From NCBI GenBank assembly GCA_021802775.1, contig JAJZRJ010000011.1:3194-67193 (forward strand): a stretch of DNA of 64,000 nt. The letters run 5' to 3'. The notes under the pieces are model-generated. The model saw only the letters and a list, made by a program, of their open reading frames with translations. It did not search any database and was not told where the DNA came from. Positions 22,514-32,066 of the stretch are shown in pieces (position 1 is the stretch's first letter; each line of letters starts with the position of its first letter). This stretch comes from Deltaproteobacteria bacterium. Lineage in GTDB: Bacteria; Desulfobacterota; Desulfobulbia; Desulfobulbales; Desulfurivibrionaceae. The translations under genes were made by a program, and so were the position numbers.

Positions 22514-23269
22514 TCACCGGTTGCTCGTCCGGACGTCCTCTCTGGCGGAAGCCGTTTCCAGGTATGGCATAAAAAGCAGCCGGAGTTCCTCCAGGTCCCG
22601 CCGTATCACATAGGGCATGGTCTTGGCGTACATATCGAGCAGGATGATGGCGTTGACGGAGGAGTCGGTCTGGGCTGTGGCCCGCAGTCGTGCGGCCATG
22701 GCGCGGTTGACAACCTGCATGTTGCTGTAGATGGCGTTCAGGCCCTCAAGGGTGAAATCCGGGCCCGATTTATCGCCCTTGCAGAGGTATTGCGCCAGCA
22801 TGAAATTCGCGGTGGCCCGGTAGATGGTTTCGTCCTCCGAGGCCAACGGCAGATGGAACCGGGCCATGGGTTTGAAGAAATGGGTGTGGGGGCAATGGCT
22901 GGCCGCGATCAGGAGTCCCATCAGCGAGCCAATCGCCCGTTGCGCCGTGGTTTTTTGGCTGACACACCGTTCCACGGTGACGACCTCGATGGTCATCTGC
23001 TCATAGGAGGCGAGATGGTCGAGGCGTTGCAGCAGGGGAATAAGGTTGGCGGCCGCCGGACAGAAGGGTTGTTCCGCCTCGGTATAGGGGCAATGTGCAC
23101 ACTGGTGGAAAGAAAGGGCGGTCCATGCCGGCGGCGAGGCCGGCAACTCCGCGTCGCGCAACGTGAGGGTGACGGGGTCCAGCCCCAGGTCGAATCGCTC
23201 GCGGGAGTCGTCTGCCAGGGTGAAGGTATAGCTGATGCGGAAGGGGATATCCGGCATGATCGTGCTCAA
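22514..23269 (-). CDS. Conserved-looking hypothetical protein with Cys/His motifs
   Basis: 251 aa; HQCAHCPY...FCP and ASHCPHTHFF. It has a 4-bp start/stop overlap with the upstream flavoprotein gene. No family was recognised with confidence. Confidence 0.55.
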   Translation of the reverse strand: MSTIMPDIPFRISYTFTLADDSRERFDLGLDPVTLTLRDAELPASPPAWTALSFHQCAHCPYTEAEQPFCPAAANLIPLLQRLDHLASYEQMTIEVVTVERCVSQKTTAQRAIGSLMGLLIAASHCPHTHFFKPMARFHLPLASEDETIYRATANFMLAQYLCKGDKSGPDFTLEGLNAIYSNMQVVNRAMAARLRATAQTDSSVNAIILLDMYAKTMPYVIRRDLEELRLLFMPYLETASAREDVRTSNR

Positions 23270-23883
23270 GCGCCTGGTTGGGCGGTAATGAGGGTGGCCA
23301 GCTCTTTGCCCTTGCGGTAGGCAGCAGCCAGCTGATCCGGCCGGTGCCGCGCCTCGTCCGCTTGATCGAGCCCGCGACAGAGAAGGGTGTCGGTCAGTTC
23401 CGTGTCCAGAGCCTGGAAAAAATACCGTACGGAAAGCAGGGCACCATCAAAGAGTTTTTGTCCTTGGCTGGCGGCCGCGGCAATGAAAAGCCCCCGCCGC
23501 TTCCAGGTGGTGTCTCCGTAGGGGCGCCCTTCCAGCCAGTGCCTGCGGACCCAGAAGGCCTGGCAGCGGTCCATCAGGATCTTGGTTTGGGCGCTTACGG
23601 CGTAGAAAAAGATTGGCGAGGCGAGGATGATGCCCTGGGCCAGGTCGATCTGGTCGTAAATCTGCTGGAAATCGTCCTTGATAACGCAGCGGCCATCCTT
23701 CTTGCAGCCGTAGATTTCGAGACAGGGAGAGAGTTTCAGGTCGCGCAGATGAAACTCGCTCACCTGGCAGCCGCTTTCGGTGGCGCCGCGCACCGCTTCA
23801 CCGAGCAGGGTGCTGGTGTTGCCGTGCCGGCGGGGGCTGCCGTGGATGGCGACCACCAGGGGCTTCGGGCTCTCGTTGCTCAT
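23266..23883 (-). CDS. Flavodoxin-like fold NAD(P)H-dependent FMN reductase / iron-sulfur flavoprotein-like protein
   Basis: VAIHGSPRRHGNTSTLL...GIILASPIFFYAVSAQTKILMDR is typical of the NADPH-dependent FMN reductase fold. It also has a Cys-rich stretch, CLEIYGCKKDGRC. Confidence 0.8.
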   Translation of the reverse strand: MSNESPKPLVVAIHGSPRRHGNTSTLLGEAVRGATESGCQVSEFHLRDLKLSPCLEIYGCKKDGRCVIKDDFQQIYDQIDLAQGIILASPIFFYAVSAQTKILMDRCQAFWVRRHWLEGRPYGDTTWKRRGLFIAAAASQGQKLFDGALLSVRYFFQALDTELTDTLLCRGLDQADEARHRPDQLAAAYRKGKELATLITAQPGA

Positions 23884-23997
23884 GCCTCCATTGTAGGGAG
23901 TCGCAAGATATATTGCAACAAAAGCGATTCGACCATCTATAATGAGAAAAAACGCCGGGTATACTTGCCTCTTTCTTTCCGCTTAGGGAATGCGATC

Positions 23998-24078
23998 ATG
24001 ACCGCCGACCGGATCATCTCCCTGATTTTCGTTATCCCTGGCGCGTTGTTTTTTGCTGGCTTCCGCCTAAATCCGTGA
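23998..24078 (+). CDS. Possible 26-aa hydrophobic micro-protein
   Basis: atg...tga encodes MTADRIISLIFVIPGALFFAGFRLNP (one TM-like helix). AGGGAA lies 8 nt upstream and a perfect TATAAT at 23938-23943. There is no homology evidence. Confidence 0.25.
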   Translation: MTADRIISLIFVIPGALFFAGFRLNP

Positions 24079-24108
24079 GCGTTCGAGAACGGTGCAGATG
24101 CAAGGCGG
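24070..24108 (+). repeat. 39-nt copy of the inner end of the 15185-15405 element
   Basis: aatccgtgagcgttcgagaacggtgcagaTgcaaggcgg versus the reverse complement of 15362-15400 (one mismatch). Both copies start at or just after a stop codon. Confidence 0.85.
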
Positions 24109-24357
24109 TTCGGCCTCTGAATGCCCAGGGCGGCCACTTTCCATTGACAAGCTTTTGCCCGCTATGCTGTAATGAGGGCGAAAGCAGGGAACAGCGGTGC
24201 CGATCGAGCCGGGTGCCGCTGTCCCGCTCCTCTGCCAGGGTGATGGCTGCCGGCAGGCCTTGCCGGCAGCCGATCACGTTCTTTATTCCCCGCTTGCCGG
24301 GGCAAGCCGCGGGCCGGATGCTCCGCCGACCGAGGCGGGACGACGCCGCACTGACGG

Positions 24358-25764
24358 ATGCTCATGAAACTCTTTCTCTGTGGCGTGTTCTTCATCTGGC
24401 TCGGCGGCATGGCCTATGGCCTCTATAAGCCCTTGCCCGCCGGCCTGGCTATAACCGGGCCAAAGCACCAGGTGCCGGAGGCGGAATTCCTTTACGATCT
24501 CACCTTTGTCCGCGATGGCGTTGTGGTGCGCGAGCAGCGGATTTTTGATCGGCTGCTGGCTGAGATCGCCGCGGCGGAACGCTTTGTCGTGCTCGACATG
24601 TTTCTCTTCAACGGCCTGCAGGGGGAAGGTCTTGCCGGCCCGCTGCTGGCCGATACCTTGGCCGATGCGCTTCTCCGCAAGAAGCAGCGGGCACCGCAGA
24701 TGACGATCACCGTTATCACCGACCCCATCAACACCGGCTACGGCTCTTATCCAGCCGCAGCGCTGGACCGGCTGCGCGCCGGCGGCATTGCCGTGATTAC
24801 CACCGATCTCACCCGCCTGCGGGATTCCAACCCGCTCTATTCCGGCTTCTGGCGGCCCGTGATCCAGGGGTTCGGCACCAACGGCCAAGGCTGGCTGCCC
24901 AACCCGTTCAGCGCCAACGGGTCGCCGGTCACGTTGCGGTCCTGGCTCACACTGCTCAACTTTAAGGCCAACCACCGCAAGGTGCTGATTACCGACCAAC
25001 TGGCCCTGGTCACCTCGGCCAATCCCCATGACGCCAGCGGCTACCATTCCAACATCGCGCTGGTGGTGCGCGGCGCGATCCAGAACGACCTTTTGGCCAG
25101 CGAAGCGGCGGTGGCGGATTTTTCCGGTGCACCCTTCACCAAGCCAGCGGTGGCCGCCCGGACGGACGCTGGCCCCTACACCGTGCAGCTCCTGACCGAG
25201 AGCGCCATCAAGCAACGGGTGGTGGAGGCGATCGGGGCGGCCGGTGAAGGCGAGACGGTCTGGCTGGCCATGTTCTACCTGGCCGAGCGGGAGGTCTGTA
25301 GAGCACTCGTTGATGCGGCTTCGCGTGGGGCCACGGTGCGTCTCATCCTCGATCCGAACAAGGATGCCTTTGGCCGGGTCAAGAACGGCATCCCCAACCG
25401 TCAGGTGGCGGAGTGGCTGCGCCAGCGCTCCGGCGGCACCATTGCCGTGCGATGGTACGATACCCATGGTGAGCAGTTCCATCCCAAGCTGGTCTTTGTC
25501 GAAGGCCGGGCCAAGGGGCTGGTGATCGGCGGATCAGCGAATCTGACCCGCCGCAACCTCGACGACTACAATCTGGAAACCGCGTTGGCGGTAAGCGGTC
25601 CGGCGGGTTCGCCCTTTGTTGCCGGGGTGGCCGGGTATTGCCGGCGACTTTGGGAAAATCGTGATGGCCGATACACCCTGCCCCAGGCCGCCTACCAGGA
25701 GGCTTTGATGTTCAAGCGATGGCGGGCCAGGGTTCAGGAGGCGAGCGGTTTAGGAACTTTTTAG
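24358..25764 (+). CDS. Membrane-anchored phospholipase D family protein (two HKD motifs)
   Basis: N-terminal TM helix LFLCGVFFIWLGGMAYGL. The HKD motifs are NHRKVLITD...SAN and FHPKLVFVEG...GGSANLTRRN. Confidence 0.88.
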   Translation: MLMKLFLCGVFFIWLGGMAYGLYKPLPAGLAITGPKHQVPEAEFLYDLTFVRDGVVVREQRIFDRLLAEIAAAERFVVLDMFLFNGLQGEGLAGPLLADTLADALLRKKQRAPQMTITVITDPINTGYGSYPAAALDRLRAGGIAVITTDLTRLRDSNPLYSGFWRPVIQGFGTNGQGWLPNPFSANGSPVTLRSWLTLLNFKANHRKVLITDQLALVTSANPHDASGYHSNIALVVRGAIQNDLLASEAAVADFSGAPFTKPAVAARTDAGPYTVQLLTESAIKQRVVEAIGAAGEGETVWLAMFYLAEREVCRALVDAASRGATVRLILDPNKDAFGRVKNGIPNRQVAEWLRQRSGGTIAVRWYDTHGEQFHPKLVFVEGRAKGLVIGGSANLTRRNLDDYNLETALAVSGPAGSPFVAGVAGYCRRLWENRDGRYTLPQAAYQEALMFKRWRARVQEASGLGTF

Positions 25765-25791
25765 CATCCTGCTGCACGGGAGGAGAAGGCG

Positions 25792-28260
25792 GTGGCCAGG
25801 AGAAAAACGGCACAGGCAAACGGGAAAAAGGTGCTGGTGGTCGATAACCAGCCGGTGATCCTGCGGCTGATGCAGGACTTCCTGGAAAAGGAAGGCTATA
25901 TGGTGGAAACCGCGGCCGACAGCCTTGAGGCGCTGGAGGTGCTCGAACGCTTCGTCCCGCAGATCATGTTCGTCGATCTGATCATGCCCCGCATCAGCGG
26001 CGACCAGTTGTGCCGGGTGGTGCGCAGTATGCCGGCCTTCCGCGAGGTGTTCATTATTGTCCTCTCCGGCGTCGCGGCCGAGGAAGAGGTGGATTTCGCC
26101 AGTTTTGGCGCCGACGCCTGTATCGCCAAGGGGCCATTTGCCAGGGTCAAGGAACACATCCGCCATGTGCTGGCGAAGCGGACGAGCGGCCACTACCAGG
26201 AGGTGTCGCGGACCATCCTCGGCCTCGGTGACATCTATCGGCGTGAGATCACGCGGGAACTGCTTACCTCGAAGCGCCACTTCGAGATCGTGCTCCGAAA
26301 CATCGAGGAGGGAATCATCGAGCTTACCGCTGCCGGCCGCATTGTCTTTGCCAACCGGGCGGCGGTCCTGCTGGCCGCCACCCCCGAGGAGCGATTGCTG
26401 GCCACCGATTTTGCCGGCCTGTTCAAGGGGTCGTACAAGCGGGCCGTCCATTCCGTGCTGAAACGGCTGGGCGAACAGTCGCAGGAGGTGGGGGAGGATA
26501 CGCCGGTGATTCTGGGCGAGCGCCGGCTGCTTTTGAATTTTCTGCCCATCGAGGACGAACACGGGCGGAGTACCATCGTCATCATGCGGGACATCACCCG
26601 GCGCAAGGAGGTGGAGGAGCAATTGCTCAACTACCGCCAGCACCTGGAAGAGATGGTGGTGGAGCGTACCGCCGATCTGGCCCGCGCCAACGAGGAATTG
26701 AAGCGCCAGATCGCCGGCCGCAGGCAGGCCGAGCAACGGCAGACCCAGGCGGAGCAGGAGTGGGTTAAAACCTTCGACGCCATCGGCGATATCATCACCA
26801 TCCAGGACCCCGGCATGCGCATCATCCGGGTCAACCGGGCTGCCAGCCGAATTTTAGGGGAGCCACCGGCAAAGCTGGTGGGCAGATATTGCTATGAGGT
26901 CTTCCGCGGCGAGGAGACCCCCTGCCCGGACTGCCCGGAACAGCTCTCCTTGCGTGACGGCCAAACCCATATGGCCGAGATCACCAATCGGCGCCTGGGG
27001 CTGACCTTTCTCGTCTCCGCCGCGCCGATCCTCGACAAACAGGGGCGCTGTACCGCCATCACCCATTTTGCCAAGGACATTACCGAACAGAAGCGGATGG
27101 CGGCGCAGCTCCAGCAGGCCCAGAAGATGCAGGCGATCGGCACGCTGGCCGGCGGTATCGCCCACGATTTCAACAACATTCTCGGCGCGGTGCTCGGCTA
27201 CACCGATCTCGCCCTGTTGGATATCCCCGAAGAAAATCGGTCGCTGCGGGAGCGGCTGCAGGCGGTCTTGCAGGCCGGTATGCGGGCCAAAGGACTGGTG
27301 TCGCAGATTCTTGCCTTCAGCCGCCAAAGCGAGACTCATCGCGACCCGCTGGAGATCGGGCCGATCGTGAAAGAGGCCTTGAAACTGCTGCGGGCCTCGC
27401 TGCCGACGACCATCGAGATTCGCCAGGAAATCAGTCGCACGCCGCTTACGATCGTCGCCGATCCGGTCCAGATCCATCAAGTGCTGATGAATCTCTGCGC
27501 CAATGCCTTCCACGCCATGCAGGAGCAGGGCGGGGTTCTCACCGTCCGGCTGGAGGAGGTGGCGGTGGACGCCAAACTGGCCGAGGGCCACCCCGATCTG
27601 GTGCCCGACCCCTATGTGCGGCTGACCGTGCGCGATACCGGCCACGGCATCGAGTCCGGCGTCATGGCGCGGATCTTCGAGCCGTTTTTCACCACCAAGG
27701 AGGTGGGGAGCGGCACCGGCATGGGGTTGGCGGTGGTGCACGGCATCGTCAAGGAGCATGGCGGTGCCATTGTCGCCACCAGCGAGGTCGGCCAGGGGAC
27801 GGCTCTCGAGATCTATTTCCCGCGTTATGAGGTGGTGCGGACTGCCGCGGTCGCGGCGGAAAAGAAACCATTGCCGCACGGCAGCGAGCGGATTCTCTTG
27901 GTGGACGATGAACCGATGCTGGCACAGCTTGGCGCCGAGATTTTGGAACAACTCGGATACACCGTCACGGCCTTCACCAGCAGCGTCGAGGCGCTGGCCG
28001 CGGTGAAGGAGCGGATGGCTGAGATTGACCTGGTGATTACCGATCTCACCATGCCGCGCCTCACCGGGCTGGAATTGGCCAAGCGCCTGCGGCAGCTGCG
28101 CCCCGACCTGCCGGTGCTGCTCTATACCGGCTACAGTGAGGCCGCGGTGGAAGAGGCGGCACGGGAGATCGGCATCGGCCGCTGTTTGCGAAAACCCCTG
28201 GAGCTGTGCGAACTGGCCTTGGCTGTGCGTGCATTGCTCGATCAGCAGCGGGGCGGTTGA
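25792..28260 (+). CDS. Hybrid sensor histidine kinase (REC-PAS-PAS-HisKA-HATPase-REC)
   Basis: GTG start with AGGAGA upstream. N-terminal receiver (VLVVDNQ...FVDLIMP), PAS regions, H-box GGIAHDFNNILGAV, GTGMGLAVVHGIV, and a C-terminal receiver (ILLVDDE...VITDLTMP). Confidence 0.93.
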   Translation: MARRKTAQANGKKVLVVDNQPVILRLMQDFLEKEGYMVETAADSLEALEVLERFVPQIMFVDLIMPRISGDQLCRVVRSMPAFREVFIIVLSGVAAEEEVDFASFGADACIAKGPFARVKEHIRHVLAKRTSGHYQEVSRTILGLGDIYRREITRELLTSKRHFEIVLRNIEEGIIELTAAGRIVFANRAAVLLAATPEERLLATDFAGLFKGSYKRAVHSVLKRLGEQSQEVGEDTPVILGERRLLLNFLPIEDEHGRSTIVIMRDITRRKEVEEQLLNYRQHLEEMVVERTADLARANEELKRQIAGRRQAEQRQTQAEQEWVKTFDAIGDIITIQDPGMRIIRVNRAASRILGEPPAKLVGRYCYEVFRGEETPCPDCPEQLSLRDGQTHMAEITNRRLGLTFLVSAAPILDKQGRCTAITHFAKDITEQKRMAAQLQQAQKMQAIGTLAGGIAHDFNNILGAVLGYTDLALLDIPEENRSLRERLQAVLQAGMRAKGLVSQILAFSRQSETHRDPLEIGPIVKEALKLLRASLPTTIEIRQEISRTPLTIVADPVQIHQVLMNLCANAFHAMQEQGGVLTVRLEEVAVDAKLAEGHPDLVPDPYVRLTVRDTGHGIESGVMARIFEPFFTTKEVGSGTGMGLAVVHGIVKEHGGAIVATSEVGQGTALEIYFPRYEVVRTAAVAAEKKPLPHGSERILLVDDEPMLAQLGAEILEQLGYTVTAFTSSVEALAAVKERMAEIDLVITDLTMPRLTGLELAKRLRQLRPDLPVLLYTGYSEAAVEEAAREIGIGRCLRKPLELCELALAVRALLDQQRGG

Positions 28261-28436
28261 ATGGCCGGCAAGGAAAAGATGAACCAGCAGAGGAGGCAAC
28301 GCGAAGGCATGAAGCGGGCGCGGTGGAGGCGGAGATTTTTCCTTTCCGGCGTCATTCCGGAGCGCGGTTCAGTCATGGCGTCTGCCCGGAGTGCCGGCGG
28401 AAGCACTACCCCGAGTTTGCCGACCGGAAGGGATGA
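28257..28436 (+). CDS. Possible micro-ORF (59 codons) ending in a Cys/His motif, coupled to both flanking kinase genes
   Basis: The TTG at 28257 overlaps the stop of the upstream kinase (TTGA). Its own TGA (28434-28436) abuts the TTG start of the next kinase. The peptide ends ...EIFPFRRHSGARFSHGVCPECRRKHYPEFADRKG. The start codon is uncertain (alternative GTG at 28323). Confidence 0.35.
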   Translation: MNGRQGKDEPAEEATRRHEAGAVEAEIFPFRRHSGARFSHGVCPECRRKHYPEFADRKG

Positions 28437-30641
28437 TTGCCCGTGAAGCACCTCATGCCGGAACCACTCGTAAAAGTCGCCTGTTTTGTGGGGGGCGCCC
28501 TGCTTTTCGTGTTGCTGGCCATGGGACAGAATCTCGCCCTGCACACCAGCTCCGCTTGGTACGGTTATCTCGGGCCGGTGCTGGTTGGCGGCGGTGCCGC
28601 GGTACTTTTGCGTATCTGGCTGCATCAGCGCTGGCGCACCGCCGAGCGGTATGCCAAGCTGGAACTGATCACCGAGACTCTGCGGACCTTGAACAGCCTC
28701 GTGGTCGAAGTCCGCGGTCAGGGTGATCTTCTGCAAAGGATTTGCGACACCCTGGTGCGGAACGATCGCTACCATCAGGCCTGGATCGCCTTGCTCGATG
28801 CGGATGGAGGGCTGGTTGCCGCGGCCGAGGCGGGGCTGGGTGCCCACTTCGGCGAGCTGGCCGAACGGTTGGCCGCCGGGTGGCGCCCGGCGTGCGTAGA
28901 ACGGGTCATGGCGGGCGCCGATTCGGTGGTCGTGACCAACGACCCGGCGGCCAACTGCCCTGCCTGCCCGCTTTCCCCGGCAAAACCCGGCTTGGCCGGC
29001 ATGGTGGCGCGGGTGGAGCACGAGGGTCGGCTCCATGGCATTCTCGCGGTCTCGGTGCCGGGGCGTTTTGGCCGCGATCCGGAAGAGATCGCGCTCTTTC
29101 GCGAAATTGCCCGCGACGTGGGCCAGGCCCTCTATTATCGCAAACTCAGGGCGGAACGCCGCAAGGTCGAGGAGGCGACCCGGCGTCAGATGCAGGAGTT
29201 GTTCGCCATCTTCAACGCCATCGAAGGCGCGGTCTATGTCGCGGACATGAAGACCTACGAGATTCTGGCGATCACCGCCAGCGAAAAACAGTTCGCCGAC
29301 CATGAGTTGGCCGGCCGCAAATGCTACGAGTACCTTCAGAAAGGCCAGCACGAGCCCTGCTCCTTCTGTACCAACGACCGGTTGATCGGGCCGGACGGCA
29401 CCCCGAATCCGCCGGTGGTGTGGGAGTTCCAGAACACCCGGACCAATAAGTGGTACCTCTGTATCGACCGGGCGATCCATTGGCCCGACGGCCGGCTGGT
29501 GCGGATGGAGATCGCCATCGACATCACCGACCGCAAGCGGACCGAGGATGCCTTGAGCCGGAGCGAGAAGAGCCTGCGCGAGCTGGTGGAGAGTTCGCTG
29601 GTTGGCATCATGCTCATCGAAAACGACGAGATCATCTACCAGAACCCGGAGCAGCGCCGTCTCTTCGGCACCCTGCCGCGCGGCTATCGGCTCGATGCCT
29701 TCCAGGGCGTGCATCCCGAGGATCTGCCCAAGCTGCGGGAAAGCTACCGCCAGGTCACCCACGGTGAGGTGCCGCAAGTGGACGCGGATTTCCGTTATTA
29801 CCCCGTGCGGCCCAAGGAGGGGGAGCCCGGCCAGATGAAATGGGTCTATTGCCGGGCGCGGCCCATCGATTACCAGGGCAGAAAGACCCTGCTGGTCAGC
29901 ATGATGGACATGAGCCACGCCCGGGAACTGGAGCGGTTGATGCAGATCCAGGACAAGATGTCGTCCCTGGGCCGGGTCGCGGCCGGCATTGCCCACGAGA
30001 TCCGCAACCCGCTCTCCGGGGTCAACATCTACCTCAATACCCTGGAAAAGATTTACGGCCGGCCGGGGCACGAGGCCACGGTGCGGGAGATCTTCCAGCA
30101 GCTCTATACCGCCTCGGACAAGATCGAAGCGGTGATCCGGCGGGTGATGGATTTTTCGCGGCCCAGTCAGCCCCATTTTGCCAAGCAGGCAGTCAATGGC
30201 CCGGTGGAGGAGGCGTTGCGCCTGTGCGCCGTGACCATGCGCAAGGGCGGGGTGAGTATTGAGACGGAGTTGGGGAGCGATCTGCCGCCCTGCCGGCTCG
30301 ATGCGCATCTCATCGAACAGGTGCTGCTGAATCTCTTTACCAACAGCGCCGAGGCCATGAAGAACCAGACAACTCCACGCCGCATCAGGGTGCGTACCGA
30401 ATACGCCGATCATTTTGTGTTGCTGTCGGTGGCGGATTCCGGCCCCGGGGTGCCGGCCGCCGTGCGCGACAAGGTTTTTGACCCCTACTACACCACCAAG
30501 AGCGACGGCACCGGCATTGGACTCAGTATCAGCCACCGGATCGTCACCGATCACGGCGGCCGGCTCACTGTTTCGGAAAGCGATTTGGGCGGGGCGGAGT
30601 TCGTCGTGGCCCTGCCGGTCGAGGAGGGGGAAGACGTCTGA
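28437..30641 (+). CDS. Membrane sensor histidine kinase (TM-GAF-PAS-PAS-HisKA-HATPase, NtrB/AtoS-like)
   Basis: Two N-terminal TM helices, a GAF-like region, PAS regions, H-box AAGIAHEIRNPLSGV, and GTGIGLSISHRIVTDHGG. Its stop overlaps the ATG of the NtrC-type gene (TGATG). Confidence 0.92.
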   Translation: MPVKHLMPEPLVKVACFVGGALLFVLLAMGQNLALHTSSAWYGYLGPVLVGGGAAVLLRIWLHQRWRTAERYAKLELITETLRTLNSLVVEVRGQGDLLQRICDTLVRNDRYHQAWIALLDADGGLVAAAEAGLGAHFGELAERLAAGWRPACVERVMAGADSVVVTNDPAANCPACPLSPAKPGLAGMVARVEHEGRLHGILAVSVPGRFGRDPEEIALFREIARDVGQALYYRKLRAERRKVEEATRRQMQELFAIFNAIEGAVYVADMKTYEILAITASEKQFADHELAGRKCYEYLQKGQHEPCSFCTNDRLIGPDGTPNPPVVWEFQNTRTNKWYLCIDRAIHWPDGRLVRMEIAIDITDRKRTEDALSRSEKSLRELVESSLVGIMLIENDEIIYQNPEQRRLFGTLPRGYRLDAFQGVHPEDLPKLRESYRQVTHGEVPQVDADFRYYPVRPKEGEPGQMKWVYCRARPIDYQGRKTLLVSMMDMSHARELERLMQIQDKMSSLGRVAAGIAHEIRNPLSGVNIYLNTLEKIYGRPGHEATVREIFQQLYTASDKIEAVIRRVMDFSRPSQPHFAKQAVNGPVEEALRLCAVTMRKGGVSIETELGSDLPPCRLDAHLIEQVLLNLFTNSAEAMKNQTTPRRIRVRTEYADHFVLLSVADSGPGVPAAVRDKVFDPYYTTKSDGTGIGLSISHRIVTDHGGRLTVSESDLGGAEFVVALPVEEGEDV

Positions 30642-32047
30642 TGGAACACACAATCTTTATCGTCGATGACGAGTCCACCATCCGTGAGGGGGTGGCCTTG
30701 GCCCTGGCCAATGAGTATCAGGTGCGGACCTTCGCCGATGCCGAGTCGGCCCTGGCCGCGGCGGGAGAAGAGGTTCCCGACCTGGTGCTTCTTGATGTGG
30801 GGTTGCCGGGGATGAGCGGGATTGCGGCGCTGGAGCAATTCCGCGCCCTGGATAACGATCTGCTGGTGGTCATGATTACGGCCTTCGAGGATGTAGCCAC
30901 GGTGGTGGCGGCCATGAAGCTCGGCGCCTACGATTACACGGTCAAGCCCTTGCAGATGGCGGGCCTCGAAGCCACGGTAGAGCGGGCGCTGGGCAGCATC
31001 CGGCTACGCAAGGAGGTCCGCCAGCTCCAGGAAAAGAGCCTGCGCGAGCAACTCCCTTGCTGCATCGGTAAGAGCGAGGCCCTGCACGATGTGATGGAGT
31101 TCGTCGCTGCCGTGGCCAAGAGCCCGGATACCCCGATCCTCATTGCCGGCGAGACCGGTACCGGCAAGGAACTGGTGGCCAGCGCCATCCATTATCGCAG
31201 CCCCAATTTCGCCGGCCCCTTTGTCGCGGTAAACTGCGCGGCCTTGCCGCGGGAGCTTATCGAAAGCGAACTCTTTGGCTACGAAAAGGGAGCGTTCAGC
31301 GGCGCCAGCCCCCAGGGCAAGAAGGGGCTCATCGAGGCAGCCGCCGGTGGTACCCTCTTTCTCGACGAGGTCGGCGACCTGAGCCTGGAGGCGCAGGCCA
31401 AACTGCTGCGCTTCCTCGAAACCGGCGAATTTTTCCGGGTGGGCGGCATCGAGGTGGTGCAGGTGCGGACCCGGCTCGTTTCCGCCACCAACCAGCAGTT
31501 GGATGAGTTGATCGCCAGCGGCCGCTTCCGCAAGGATCTTTATTTCCGACTCGGCGTGGTCCGCGTGCGGGTGCCGGCCCTGGCCGAGCGGCCGGGCGAC
31601 ATCCTGCCCCTAGCCCGCTATTTTCTCGACCGGTTCAACCGGAAATTCGGCAAGGCTCTGACCGGTCTTGCGCCCGAGGCGGAGGCACACCTGCTTGCCC
31701 ACCGCTGGAGCGGTAATGTCCGCGAACTGCGCAATCTCATCGAGCGTGGAACCCTGGTGAGCAAGGGGGTGGTGTTGACCGCCGCCGACCTGGGCTTTGG
31801 GGCGGAGAATGGGGCGACGGATTCGGTCGGCCTGCTCGATCAGCTGCCGCCGCTGACCCGCGACGGGCTTGATCTGGAGGCGACGCTGCGCGCTGTTGAA
31901 GCGGCGTATTGCCAGCAGGCCTTGCGCTTGGCGGGCGGCAACGAGAGCCAGGCCGCCCGGCTGCTCCGGCTCAATCATCACACCTTCCGCTATCGCCGCA
32001 AGAAGCTGACCGGCACCAGCGGCCCCGACCCGGAATCCGCCGGCTAG
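30641..32047 (+). CDS. Sigma54-dependent response regulator (NtrC family: REC-AAA+-HTH)
   Basis: Receiver (IFIVDDE...VLLDVGLPGMSG), Walker A GETGTGKELVA, the sigma54-contact loop ESELFGYEKGAFSGA, and a C-terminal Fis-type HTH. Confidence 0.95.
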   Translation: MEHTIFIVDDESTIREGVALALANEYQVRTFADAESALAAAGEEVPDLVLLDVGLPGMSGIAALEQFRALDNDLLVVMITAFEDVATVVAAMKLGAYDYTVKPLQMAGLEATVERALGSIRLRKEVRQLQEKSLREQLPCCIGKSEALHDVMEFVAAVAKSPDTPILIAGETGTGKELVASAIHYRSPNFAGPFVAVNCAALPRELIESELFGYEKGAFSGASPQGKKGLIEAAAGGTLFLDEVGDLSLEAQAKLLRFLETGEFFRVGGIEVVQVRTRLVSATNQQLDELIASGRFRKDLYFRLGVVRVRVPALAERPGDILPLARYFLDRFNRKFGKALTGLAPEAEAHLLAHRWSGNVRELRNLIERGTLVSKGVVLTAADLGFGAENGATDSVGLLDQLPPLTRDGLDLEATLRAVEAAYCQQALRLAGGNESQAARLLRLNHHTFRYRRKKLTGTSGPDPESAG

Positions 32048-32066
32048 CGCCGGCGCGACCATCCTC

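Noticed and set aside
24150-24230. Possible cobalamin riboswitch (ctgtaa, agggaa and ggtgcc strings)
   Set aside because: The elements are in the wrong order and spacing relative to the cobalamin riboswitch core, and no B12 box was seen. The downstream gene is a PLD, not a cobalamin-related gene.
28242-30653. 803-aa minus-strand ORF
   Set aside because: It lies antisense to the second histidine kinase, which has clear H-box and ATPase motifs. It is a shadow ORF.
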